From assembly GCA_963663115.2 (NCBI GenBank), contig CAXXNE010000001.1, forward strand, positions 81,862-145,861: a stretch of 64,000 nt of DNA, given 5' to 3'. The DNA comes from an uncultured Paludibacter sp. (GTDB lineage: Bacteria; Bacteroidota; Bacteroidia; Bacteroidales; Paludibacteraceae). The notes under the pieces are model-generated. The model saw only the letters and a program-made list of their open reading frames with translations. It was not told the DNA's origin and did no database searches. This document shows, one piece after another, positions 29,415 to 38,519 of the stretch (positions are counted from its first letter, which is position 1; every line of letters begins with the position of its first letter). The position numbers and the translations under genes were made by a program.

Positions 29415-31335
29415 TTGAAACCTGCAGGCTGTTTTTTATTTCAAATATATAGGTTTTTGGTTCTCGCATCCCGATAGCTATCGTGATCCAAGTCGCGATA
29501 GTATAAGGAATAAGCGCAGTTTTTCGGGTGCAGCGAGCTCCGACTCGCTGATTAAATGTGGTAGCACTAACTCAGTCAGAGGTTTCAAACAAAGAAAATG
29601 ACAGGCTGGAAGCCTATTGACCCATGGAGTAAAAAAGAATGGAACGCGGATTTAGCGGATATGGCTGATATAAGCGGATTTTTTATTTAAAAGACGGATT
29701 TTTCCCGGATTATTTTGCTTCGCAAAAAGCGGATTTTTGGTGCGTGGGCTAAACCTGGCAGCGTTTGTTTTCGGGTCTCGCGTCCCGATAGCTATCGGGA
29801 TCCAAGTCGCGATATTCATCAGGAATTTTTTCAAGCAACAGGGATGTCGCTTGTCCCACGATTTGTAAGAAAAAAAAAGAATGATAATACAAAGAATCTA
29901 TGGAAGCGCTGTGCTCCTCTCCTCGGGAGAGGTTGGGAGAGGTCTTTTTTGGTTTAAATATGACAGGCTGGAAGCGCTGTTAACCCATAAGCAAAAGCGG
30001 ATTTTTGGTGTGTAGCTAAACCTGGCAGCGTACGTTTTCGGGTCTCGCGTCCCGATAGCTATCGGGATCCAAGTCGCGATATTCATCAGGTTGAATTTAT
30101 GTTTCAAGCGACAGGGATGTCGCTTGTCCCACGATTTGTAAGAAAAAAAGAATGATATTACAAAGAATCTATGGCAGCGCTGTACTCCTCTCCTCGGGAG
30201 AGGTTGGGAGAGGTCTTTTTTGTTTTAAAGAAAACAGGCTGGAAGCGCTGTTAACCCATAAGCAAAAGCGGATTTTTGGTGTGTAGCTAAACCTGGCAGC
30301 GTACGTTTTCGGGTCTCGCGTCCCGATAGCTATCGGGATCCAAGTCGCGATATTCATCAGGAATTTTTTCAAGCGACAGGGATGTGGCTTGTCCCACGAT
30401 ATGTAAGAAAAAAAGAATGATATTACAAAGAATCTATGGCAGCGCTGTACTCCTCTCCTCGGGAGAGGTTGGGAGAGGTCTTTTTTGGTTTAAATATGAC
30501 AGGCTGGAAGCCTATTGACCCATGGAGTAAAAAAGAATGGAACGCGGATTTAGCGGATATGGCTGATATAAGCGGATTTTTTATTTAAAAGACGGATTTT
30601 TTTCCGGATTATTTTGCTTCGCAAAAAGCGGATTTTTGGTGCGTGAACAAAACCTGACAGCGTACGTTTTCGGGTCTCGCGTCCCGATAGCTATCGGGAT
30701 CCAAGTCGCGATATTCATCAGGAATTTTTTCAAGCGACAGGGATGTCGCTTGTCCCACGATATGTAAGAAAAAAAAATGATAATACAAAGAATCTATGGC
30801 AGCGCTCTGCTCCTCTCCTCGGGAGAGGTTGGGAGAGGTCTTTTTTGGTTTTAATATGACAGGCTGGAAGCCTATTGACCCATGGAGTAAAAAAGAATGG
30901 AACGCGGATTTAGCGGATATGGCTGATATAAGCGGATTTTTTATTTAAAAGACGGATTTTTTTCGGATTATTTTGCTTCGCAAAAAGCGGATTTTTGGTG
31001 CGTGAACAAAACCTGACAGCGTACGTTTTCGGGTCTCGCGTCCCGATAGCTATCGGGATCCAAGTCGCGATATTCATCAGGAATTTTTTCAAGCCACAAG
31101 GATGTCGCTTGTCCCACGATATGTAAGAAAAAAAAGAATGATAATACAAAGAATCTATGGTAGCGCTGTGCTCCTCTCCTTGGGAGAGGTTGGGAGAGGT
31201 CTTTTTTGGTTTAAAGAAAACAGGCTAGAAGCCTATTGACCCATGGAGTATAAAAACAATAGAACGCGGATTTAGCGATTCTGATAGCTATCGGGAGGCG
31301 CGTTCCATTTCTTTTTTTGTCATGTACTTAGCACT
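29415..31335 (+). repeat. repeat block R1: five head-to-tail composite hairpin units plus a partial unit
   Basis: Unit starts (GCTAAACCTGGCAGCG or ACAAAACCTGACAGCG) at 29748, 30015, 30286, 30647 and 31006. Each unit carries the same ordered hairpin modules, joined by two alternative linkers (~40 nt or ~130 nt, GCGGATTT-rich). Confidence 0.9.
31314..31331. mobile_element. orphan terminal repeat of the IS4-family element
   Basis: TTTTTGTCATGTACTTAG is identical (18/18) to the reverse complement of the IS end at 10478-10495. No transposase or second end lies nearby. Confidence 0.7.
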
Positions 31336-31346
31336 AGCTTATATTT

Positions 31347-31994
31347 TCAGAATGTATTTTTAATAAGGACTTTAATTGACTCCTCTATTTCGGAAGGTGT
31401 AACCTGATATACTGGTTCCAATAGAGCAAAGTTACTATCAATTTGAAAGCGTTTACTATCCAAAAGCATTGCCAGCAGGTTTTTGGTGGACAGTAAATGT
31501 CCGGAATAAGCAGTCGCTTTTGTTATTATTTCTCTGAAATTATATCCGTTTTTAAGTATTGAATAGATGTCATAATAATCTCTGAAATTGCTTCGACGCA
31601 TCAACACCTCCATTTTCATAGCTGCAATTGCCATGATGTCAGCCAATAATAAATTGTCTTTAAATGGAATTGCTGTGGTAACGGGTGAATATTTAGCGGA
31701 AGCATAAAATGAGAGTTTCACACCCGAAACAATAAATTCAACATGATCAAAGTCCCAAATTTCACGCGCTTCAATGCTCCCAATTCCACTCAATTCTTTC
31801 TCAATTTTAACCCAATCGACTTCCGGCTTTTGATTTTTATTCGAAATCCAACTCATAAAATCGAGATCTTCGCTCAGGCGGGTTTGTAACTGTAATGACA
31901 AGGCAGTACCGCCCACCAAACAGTAATTCTTTATACAATCGAGTTTACAAACACTCTCAAATATCTTTGAAGTATGTGGTGCTAAAGCTTTCAT
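31347..31994 (-). CDS. AbiEii/AbiGii-family nucleotidyltransferase toxin-like protein
   Basis: LVGGTALSLQLQTRLSEDLDF is the NTase motif of the AbiEii (DUF1814) family. 215 aa. Confidence 0.65.
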   Translation of the reverse strand: MKALAPHTSKIFESVCKLDCIKNYCLVGGTALSLQLQTRLSEDLDFMSWISNKNQKPEVDWVKIEKELSGIGSIEAREIWDFDHVEFIVSGVKLSFYASAKYSPVTTAIPFKDNLLLADIMAIAAMKMEVLMRRSNFRDYYDIYSILKNGYNFREIITKATAYSGHLLSTKNLLAMLLDSKRFQIDSNFALLEPVYQVTPSEIEESIKVLIKNTF

Positions 31995-32320
31995 TAGTAA
32001 ATGCTCAAATGTTTATTTTCAACTTTTTTCAGGTATCTGTCCGGGTTTTTAATGCCAAAATACATCCAGGCGAGCAAATTGTTTAGTCGTTTATAATAAG
32101 CACCTTGTGTTACAATTCTATCCAGCCAAACCTGTTTGATTTTTTTGTGCGGATATAATCTGAAAAGCAAATTTATATCATCAATATCAAGATAAACCAA
32201 TGTTTTCTCAATTAAAATATCGTCAGGAATAGCATTACTTTTGTTCATGTCAAATGACCAAAACCGGTTATTTGAAACCAATTTTGAAACTAATTGATCA
32301 TGTGCATTTAGAGTTCTCAT
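31994..32320 (-). CDS. small partner protein of the AbiEii-like gene (putative antitoxin)
   Basis: 108-aa ORF whose stop overlaps the toxin start by 1 nt (TAATG). No family was recognised. Confidence 0.4.
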   Translation of the reverse strand: MRTLNAHDQLVSKLVSNNRFWSFDMNKSNAIPDDILIEKTLVYLDIDDINLLFRLYPHKKIKQVWLDRIVTQGAYYKRLNNLLAWMYFGIKNPDRYLKKVENKHLSIY

Positions 32321-32570
32321 TTCTGAATTAAGATATTATGAATGAATTGTTTTATGATTTGTATACCTGCAACTAAGAGAGTATAGTGTGGTATAATCTT
32401 TCGTCATAAGCCTGAAATAATGATAAATTATCAGTTTTTTCAATTTTGCAATAAAAAAAGCCGTAATTACAACCATTTATTCCTGTTATTTATTTAACTT
32501 TTGTAGCGATTACAAGGGTCAAAGATAAGAATAATTTGCAATTTTCGCTATATGCCCGCTTGCAATATTT

Positions 32571-33466
32571 AGAAAGTGCAGGTTTTTTGGGTGCAGCACT
32601 AACCCTGACAGCGTTTATTTTCGGGTCTCGCGAACTTCCAAGTCGCGATAATTATCAGGAATTTTTTCAAGCGACAGGGAAGTCGCTTGTCCCACGATTT
32701 GTAAGAAAAAAAAAGAATGATAATACAAAGAATCTATGGAAGCGCTCTGCTCCTCTCCTCGGGAGAGGTTGGGAGAGGTCTTTTTTGTTTTAATATGACA
32801 GGCTGGAAGCCTATTGACCCATGGAGTAAAAAAAAATAGAACGCTGATTGTTTTCAACATCGCGGATTGAGCTGATATAAGCGGATTTTTTATTTAAAAG
32901 ACGGATTTTTTTCGGATTATTTTGCTTCGCAAAAAGCGGATTTTTGGTGCGTGGGCTAAACCTAGCAGCGTTTATTTTTCGGGTCTCGCGACTTCCAGGT
33001 CGCGATAGTAAAAGGAATTAGCGCAGTTTTTCGGGTGCAGCGAGTTCCGACTCGCTGATTAAAGAATATACTTCGACCTGGGAGTCGAATCACCCGAAAA
33101 ATACCGCGTTTATTGTTTGTTTATGGTTTTGTGAAGGATTTGTGTTATTGCATAGAATCTAAAATATCACAATATTTGGAAAGCGCAGTTTATTTCGGGT
33201 GCAGCACGAACCCTGACAGGAGTTGCAAACTCTGTCAGAGGTTTAAAACAAAGAAGAAAACAGGCTGGAAGCTCTGTTTACCCATAAGTAAGCGCAGTTT
33301 ATTTCGGGTGCAGCACTAATCCTGAATGCGGAGATAATGCAAATTCATATAATTTGTGGGATTCGTAGTTTATAATTTCTTATTTGTTTTAAAGATAACA
33401 GGCAGGATGCCCGTCGACCCGTGGAATTCATAGTTCTAAAAAAAGCCGGAAGTGCTGTTCCCCCAT
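32571..33466 (+). repeat. repeat block R2, built from the same hairpin modules
   Basis: Contains the TCGCGAACTTCCAAGTCGCGA, CAAGCGACAGGGAAGTCGCTTG, CCTCTCCTCGGGAGAGG-T6, CAGCGAGTTCCGACTCGCTG, TTCGACCTGGGAGTCGAA and CCTGACAG...CTGTCAGAGG modules. Confidence 0.9.
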
Positions 33467-33675
33467 GAAGAACTGATGTGGTATTCCGACAAGATACTTT
33501 TTAGCGGTATAAAGGTGGTTTGTAGATGTGTGAAATTATCTTCTGCATTCTTCAAGCTACCATCAGAATCTGTCAGGTTAGTTTTTAGATATTTGGAGAT
33601 ACCTTTTTACATCCTGCAACAAACCTTACAGTTCGCAAATGTATATAAACGAACTGCAAGGGTATTCTGATAGTG

Positions 33676-33856
33676 CCCAAAACTTCCAACTTTCCAACTT
33701 TATGAACTTTCTACTTTCCAACTTTATAACTTTCTACTTTCCAACTTTATAACTTTCTACTTTCCAACTTTATAACTTTCTACTTTATAACTTTCTACTT
33801 GCCAACTTTATCAACTTTCTACTTTATAACTTTCTACTTTCCAACTTTCTACCTTT
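33676..33856. repeat. G-depleted, octamer-periodic low-complexity tract built on a 23-bp unit (AACTTTATAACTTTCTACTTTCC)
   Basis: Only 2 G in ~180 nt. The CTTT motif recurs every 7-8 nt, with several exact 23-bp repeats. It starts immediately after the stop of the LuxR-type gene. Confidence 0.9.
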
Positions 33857-34597
33857 TCAAATAATTTCCATCATCAGTCCATAGCGAACTGCCTGGGCAA
33901 CATTGTTAGCGCCTAATTTATCCAGTACTTTACAGCGATGGTTATTGATAGTGTATACGGAGTTAGCCAGTTCTGCAGCCACTTTGGTACTATCGTAACC
34001 TTTGGAAAGAAGCTTCAACACTGTGATTTCGGTTTTGGTCAGACAGGTTTCAGTATCGATGGCATGTAATTGATCGGCGAAACGTTTGTATGTGCACATA
34101 CCACGTGCCGGTTTCTCTGCATCATACTCTCCTATTTCGTTTATCAGCAATAGTAAAAAACGTATATCTCCGCAGTCATCCTGTTCAGCTATACTGTACT
34201 GAAAATGAAACCGTCGGTAATTACCGTTTTTATCCTTTAAACTACATTCGTACATCAGTTTATACGAAAAAATATCAGGATCATTGCACTTCTCTTTGAG
34301 TTTTAATGCTTCAAGTTTGCCATTCACCACATAGGTCCGTTCGTCGGGATGTACCATTCTCTGAAGTGAATCGTAGCCGGATAGCGTAGTTTCAAAAGGA
34401 TAGTTTTCGTTGTGCGTCCATTTGACAATGTGATATGCATCTTTGAAGGTGTCGAATATCAAAACACCTTCGTTGTGGTTCAGGGTTGATGCATCCATCA
34501 TTGATTCCGGATCCTGAATACGGGCATTACTTTCTTTTGTTTCCTGTAATTGCAATTTTAAAACATAGTTTTTTAATTTTTCATTTTGGCTTTCCAT
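33857..34597 (-). CDS. LuxR-family transcriptional regulator with an N-terminal PAS-like sensor region
   Basis: The C-terminal HTH LTKTEITVLKLLSKGYDSTKVAAELANSVYTINNHRCKVLDKLGANNVAQAV is LuxR/FixJ-type. There is no receiver domain. Confidence 0.7.
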   Translation of the reverse strand: MESQNEKLKNYVLKLQLQETKESNARIQDPESMMDASTLNHNEGVLIFDTFKDAYHIVKWTHNENYPFETTLSGYDSLQRMVHPDERTYVVNGKLEALKLKEKCNDPDIFSYKLMYECSLKDKNGNYRRFHFQYSIAEQDDCGDIRFLLLLINEIGEYDAEKPARGMCTYKRFADQLHAIDTETCLTKTEITVLKLLSKGYDSTKVAAELANSVYTINNHRCKVLDKLGANNVAQAVRYGLMMEII

Positions 34598-34732
34598 AAT
34601 ACTTTTTTAATTATTTATATAAATATTTAGATTATTTATTTATTCTGTCGACACAGAACCTGTTTTAAGTTTAGTAATGAGATAAATAGTATATAATGAT
34701 TTTTCACTATTGCAGAAGATTTTTTCAACACA

Positions 34733-34740
34733 TAGATTTG
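34733..34740 (+). promoter_or_regulatory. candidate -7 box TAGATTTG
   Basis: TAnnTTTG match 122 nt upstream of the ATG at 34862, in an AT-rich divergent intergenic region. Confidence 0.3.
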
Positions 34741-34861
34741 CATTCGTCACAGGATAACAGTATTCTGACATAGCTTTATTAAAAATAACAATATTTTATA
34801 TATCACCAAAGACGTTCATTAGAATTTATTAACAAATTTATTTACCTAAAGCAATTAATTT

Positions 34862-35566
34862 ATGGCAACAGGAACAAGAATTCCCCGCGGTATTGATGAC
34901 TTCGATACCTACATTGTGAACACAAGTAATTATTTATTTAAAGGCACACCCACCAATGCCGAACGATTGGGCATTTTGACCGATGAGAGTACGCAATGGA
35001 AAGCATTTGCCGACAAATGGATGCCCGATTACCAAAAGTACAAGGACAAGAAAAACAGCAGAACCATAGCTGTGCGGGATAAACTATTACAAATCATCAG
35101 CGATACCATTGAGTACGATCAAAAAAACCGTATACTCGACCGCATAGCCGCATCGCCCAACGTGATTATTGAAGATTTGGGTATTTTCAATATTAATATC
35201 GGAATTCTGCAGAAAACCCGGCGTTCAGTATTGACCACCCCTATCACCGAACCGGTAACAGTAACCATACAACCCCTGGGCGGAGGATCAATGAATATTA
35301 AATGTTACAGCACCACAGGACAACGTTCCGCTATTTACAGCGTTGCCGACAGTGTTCAATATGTGTATATAGTAAGCGATACGCCACCTGTATCGGCAGA
35401 AGCTCCGGGTTTGAGCAAGGAGATATCAACCCGTGGTACTTTTACGCTTGCATTAGGATCAGGCAGTTCAGCCAAAAATCTGTACATCTATTTCCGTTGG
35501 TATTGCACCAAACATCCCGAACTATCCGGGCCCTGGAGCGCCATGCAAACCTCATTGATTCTATAA
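34862..35566 (+). CDS. hypothetical protein with a beta-sandwich-like C-terminal half ending ...FRWYCTKHPELSGPWS
   Basis: 234-aa ORF with a clean start and a strong terminator. It is the only plus-strand gene between 0 and 47 kb. No family was recognised. Confidence 0.6.
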   Translation: MATGTRIPRGIDDFDTYIVNTSNYLFKGTPTNAERLGILTDESTQWKAFADKWMPDYQKYKDKKNSRTIAVRDKLLQIISDTIEYDQKNRILDRIAASPNVIIEDLGIFNINIGILQKTRRSVLTTPITEPVTVTIQPLGGGSMNIKCYSTTGQRSAIYSVADSVQYVYIVSDTPPVSAEAPGLSKEISTRGTFTLALGSGSSAKNLYIYFRWYCTKHPELSGPWSAMQTSLIL

Positions 35567-35574
35567 ACAAAACC

Positions 35575-35615
35575 TCTCCCCGACTCTTCCTGCAAAAAGT
35601 CGGGGAGATTTTTTT
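35575..35615 (+). terminator. Rho-independent terminator
   Basis: An 11-bp perfect stem TCTCCCCGACT / AGTCGGGGAGA (35575-35585, 35598-35608), a 12-nt loop, then T7 (35609-35615). It begins 9 nt after the stop codon. Confidence 0.85.
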
Positions 35616-35616
35616 A

Positions 35617-36609
35617 TCATGCCCTACGGACAATATTAGGCTGCGCCTGTTATTACTCTCTCGCCAGAGGCGAGATCGTATTAATTAGCCTTCGGCTGAT
35701 ATTAGCTTCGCTGATATGTGTTTCGGGTCTCGCGACTTCCAAGTCGCGATAGTAAAAGGAATTAGCGCAGTTTTTCGGGTGCAGCGAGTTCCGACTCGCT
35801 GATTAAAGAATATACTTCGACCTGGAAGTCGAATCACCCGAAAAATACCGCATTTATTATTTTTTATGGTTTTGTGAAGGATTTATTTTATTGCATATAA
35901 TCTGAAATATCATAATATTTAGAAAGTGCCGGTTTTCGGGTGCAGCACGAACCCTGACAGGAATTGCAAACTCTGTCAGAGGTTTATCATAAAGAAGAAA
36001 ACAGGCTGGAAGCTCTGTTTACCCGGAAAAAAGTGCAGGTTTTCGGGTGCATGAACTAAACCTGTCAGCGTTTAAAAAACCTGACAGCGTTGTATATAAA
36101 TCCATCAAGCGACAGGGATGTGGCTTGTCCCACGATATGTAAGAAAAAAAAGATAATACAAAGAATCTATGGCAGCGCTCTGCTCCTCTCCTCGGGAGAG
36201 GTTGGGAGAGGTCTTTTTTGGTTTAAAGTAAACAGACTGGAAGCGCTATTGACCCATGGAGTAAAAAAGAATAGAACGCGGATTTAGCGGATATGGCTGA
36301 TATAAGCGGATTTTAAATATAGAAAAAGACGGATTTTTTTTCGGATTATTTTGCTTTGCAAAAGCGGATTTTTGGTGCGTAACTAAACCTGGCAGCGTTT
36401 GTTTTCGGGTCTCGCGAACTTCCAAGTCGCGATAATTATCAGGAATTTTTTCAAGCCACAGGGATGTCGCTTGTCCCACGATATGTAAGGAAGAAAAAGG
36501 TGATGATACAAAGAATCTATGGTAGCGCTCTGCTCCTCTCCTTGGGAGAGGTTGGGAGAGGTCTTTTTTGGTTTAAAGTAAACAGACTGGAAGCACTATT
36601 GACCCATGG
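35617..36609 (+). repeat. repeat block R3: a reverse-oriented mini-hairpin array followed by the shared hairpin modules
   Basis: 35620-35716 carries AGCCTTCGGCT/AGCTTCGCT-type mini-hairpins. The remainder repeats the R2/R4 module order nearly verbatim. Confidence 0.9.
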
Positions 36610-36624
36610 AAAGTAAGAATCAGT

Positions 36625-37029
36625 TTATTGTTTTTTATTTATCAGTTTTTCTATCTCAATTATATATTTAATTGCCGGATCGATTAATGGTTTAATATCA
36701 GCCTCCGACAAATTAAACAAGTCATCATAATCACCTGTTTGCCGCATTTCAAAAAGCTTTGAATACAATTTGGAATGCTCTTTATCAACTAAACCGGTAG
36801 CAACAAAATGCAATCCAAAAAGTCTGATAATACCTGAATGTGTTTGTGCATTATAACCATATTTAATTAGTAATGCTGATGTCATATAATAACAGGCATA
36901 ATATAATCGGTTTGTAACTGCATTCCAATAATTTAGTTGAGCAATTCCGATCGCTTCATTTAATGTGTCCTTAGATTTTTGAATTCTGTAAAAAACAATA
37001 GCATCTCTTTCTTCTTCTGTTAAGCTCAT
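36625..37029 (-). CDS. HEPN-domain protein (toxin of an MNT-HEPN pair)
   Basis: 134 aa, helical, with RLYYACYYMTSALLIKYGYNAQTHSGIIRLF typical of HEPN. It overlaps the MNT gene by 4 nt. Confidence 0.7.
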   Translation of the reverse strand: MSLTEEERDAIVFYRIQKSKDTLNEAIGIAQLNYWNAVTNRLYYACYYMTSALLIKYGYNAQTHSGIIRLFGLHFVATGLVDKEHSKLYSKLFEMRQTGDYDDLFNLSEADIKPLIDPAIKYIIEIEKLINKKQ

Positions 37030-37343
37030 AGTACAATCCCTTCCATCTCAATATTTTTATAAAACTGAGTAAAATTTCTTTTTTGCCATTCACTAAAGGT
37101 ATAAAGTTTAGGACTGATCTGTTCTCCTTCTTTCCAGCCTAACTCAATTAATGGATATGATATTTTATCAAAATCCTCATTTTCAATTTTTGGTTTATCC
37201 AGTAAAATAAGCAAATCCCAGTCTGAATTCTGATTTGCTGAATTTCTTGCTTGCGAACCATAAAGAATTACCTTTCCGCTATTATTTACAGAAATAATCA
37301 AATTTTTAATTTCAAGAAGCAACTCCTGTTTTGTTTTTTTCAT
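37026..37343 (-). CDS. minimal nucleotidyltransferase (MNT) antitoxin-like protein
   Basis: Contains the NTase motif LYGSQARNSANQNSDWDLLILLD. 105 aa. Confidence 0.7.
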   Translation of the reverse strand: MKKTKQELLLEIKNLIISVNNSGKVILYGSQARNSANQNSDWDLLILLDKPKIENEDFDKISYPLIELGWKEGEQISPKLYTFSEWQKRNFTQFYKNIEMEGIVL

Positions 37344-37372
37344 AACTTCAACTCATTAGAAAACTAATTTTG

Positions 37373-37380
37373 CAAATCTA
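37373..37380 (-). promoter_or_regulatory. candidate -7 box (TAGATTTG, minus strand) for the MNT-HEPN operon
   Basis: TAnnTTTG match 30 nt upstream of the MNT ATG (37341-37343). Confidence 0.45.
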
Positions 37381-37483
37381 TAAAAAAAATCACAATAAAC
37401 GCAATTATATCAAAGACATAAATACTATTATTCTACATTTGCAATAACAAGTAATCAATAAAGTAACATAAAACAATAGTTGT

Positions 37484-38519
37484 AAGCACATTTTTTGGGT
37501 GCGTAGCTAAACCTGGCAGCGTTTGTTTTCGGGTCTCGCGTCCCGATAGCTATCGGGATCCAAGTCGCGATATTCATCAGGTTTGAATTTATGTTTCAAG
37601 CGACAGAGATGTCGCTTGTCCCACGATTTGTAAGAAAAAAAAGAATGATAATACAAAGAATCTATGGAAGCGCTGTGCTCCTCTCCTCGGGAGAGGTTGG
37701 GAGAGGTCTTTTTTGGTTTAAATATAACAGGCTGGAAGCGCTATTGACCCATGGAGTAAAAAAGAATGGAACGCTGATATAAGCGGATTTTAAATATAGA
37801 AGAAGACGGATTTTTTTCCGGATTATTTTGCTTCGCAAAAAGCGAATTTTTGGTGCGGGCTAAACCTGACAGCGTACGTTTTTGGGTCTCGCGACTTCCA
37901 AGTCGCGATAGTAAAAGGAATTAGCGCAGTTTTTCGGGTGCAGCGAGTTCCGACTCGCTGATTAGTGAATATACTTCGACCTGGATCCCGATAGCTATCG
38001 GGACGAATCATCCGAAAAACACCGCATTTATTATTTTTTTATGGTTTTGTGAAGGATTTATTTTATTGCATAGAATCTGAAATATCATAATATTTAGAAA
38101 GTGCAGGTTTTCGGGTGCAGCACGAACCCTGACAGGAATTGCAAACTCTGTCAGAGGTTTATCATAAAGAAGAAAACAGGCTGGAAGCTCTGTTTACCCG
38201 GAAAAAAGCGCAGGTTTTCGGGTGCATGAACTAAACCTGTCAGCGTTTAAAAAACCTGACAGCGTTGTATATAAATCCATCAAGCGACAGGGATGTCACT
38301 TGTCCCACGATATGTAAGAAAAAAAATGATAATACAAAGAATCTATGGAAGCGCTCTGCTCCTCTCCTCCGGAGAGGTTGGGAGAGGTCTTTTTTGGTTT
38401 TAATATGACAGACTGGAAGCGCTATTGACCCATAAAAAGTGCCGATTTTCGGGTGCAGCGAGCTCTGAACTGCATTCCAAAAGTTAGACAAAAAACTTTT
38501 GGGATGCAGTTCATTTTTA
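37484..38519 (+). repeat. repeat block R4, same modules, ending in a 19-bp-stem hairpin
   Basis: Module order parallels R1 and R3. The terminal hairpin is GAACTGCATTCCAAAAGTT (38467-38485) / AACTTTTGGGATGCAGTTC (38494-38512), with 1 mismatch. Confidence 0.9.

Noticed and set aside
29652-31149. Recurring small ORFs (60-80 aa) such as MKKFLMNIATWIPIAIGTRDPKT..., and the plus-strand ...LLGRGWERSFL peptides (also at 32536-32860, 36090-36479, 37591-38491)
   Set aside because: They are translations of the hairpin repeat modules. They recur only because the DNA repeats. Their starts and stops are inconsistent, they occur in both strands and several frames, and they lack plausible start contexts.
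35302-35688. 128-aa plus-strand ORF overlapping the end of the 234-aa gene
   Set aside because: It is an out-of-frame overlap with the better-supported ORF and runs through the strong terminator hairpin, so it is implausible as a gene.
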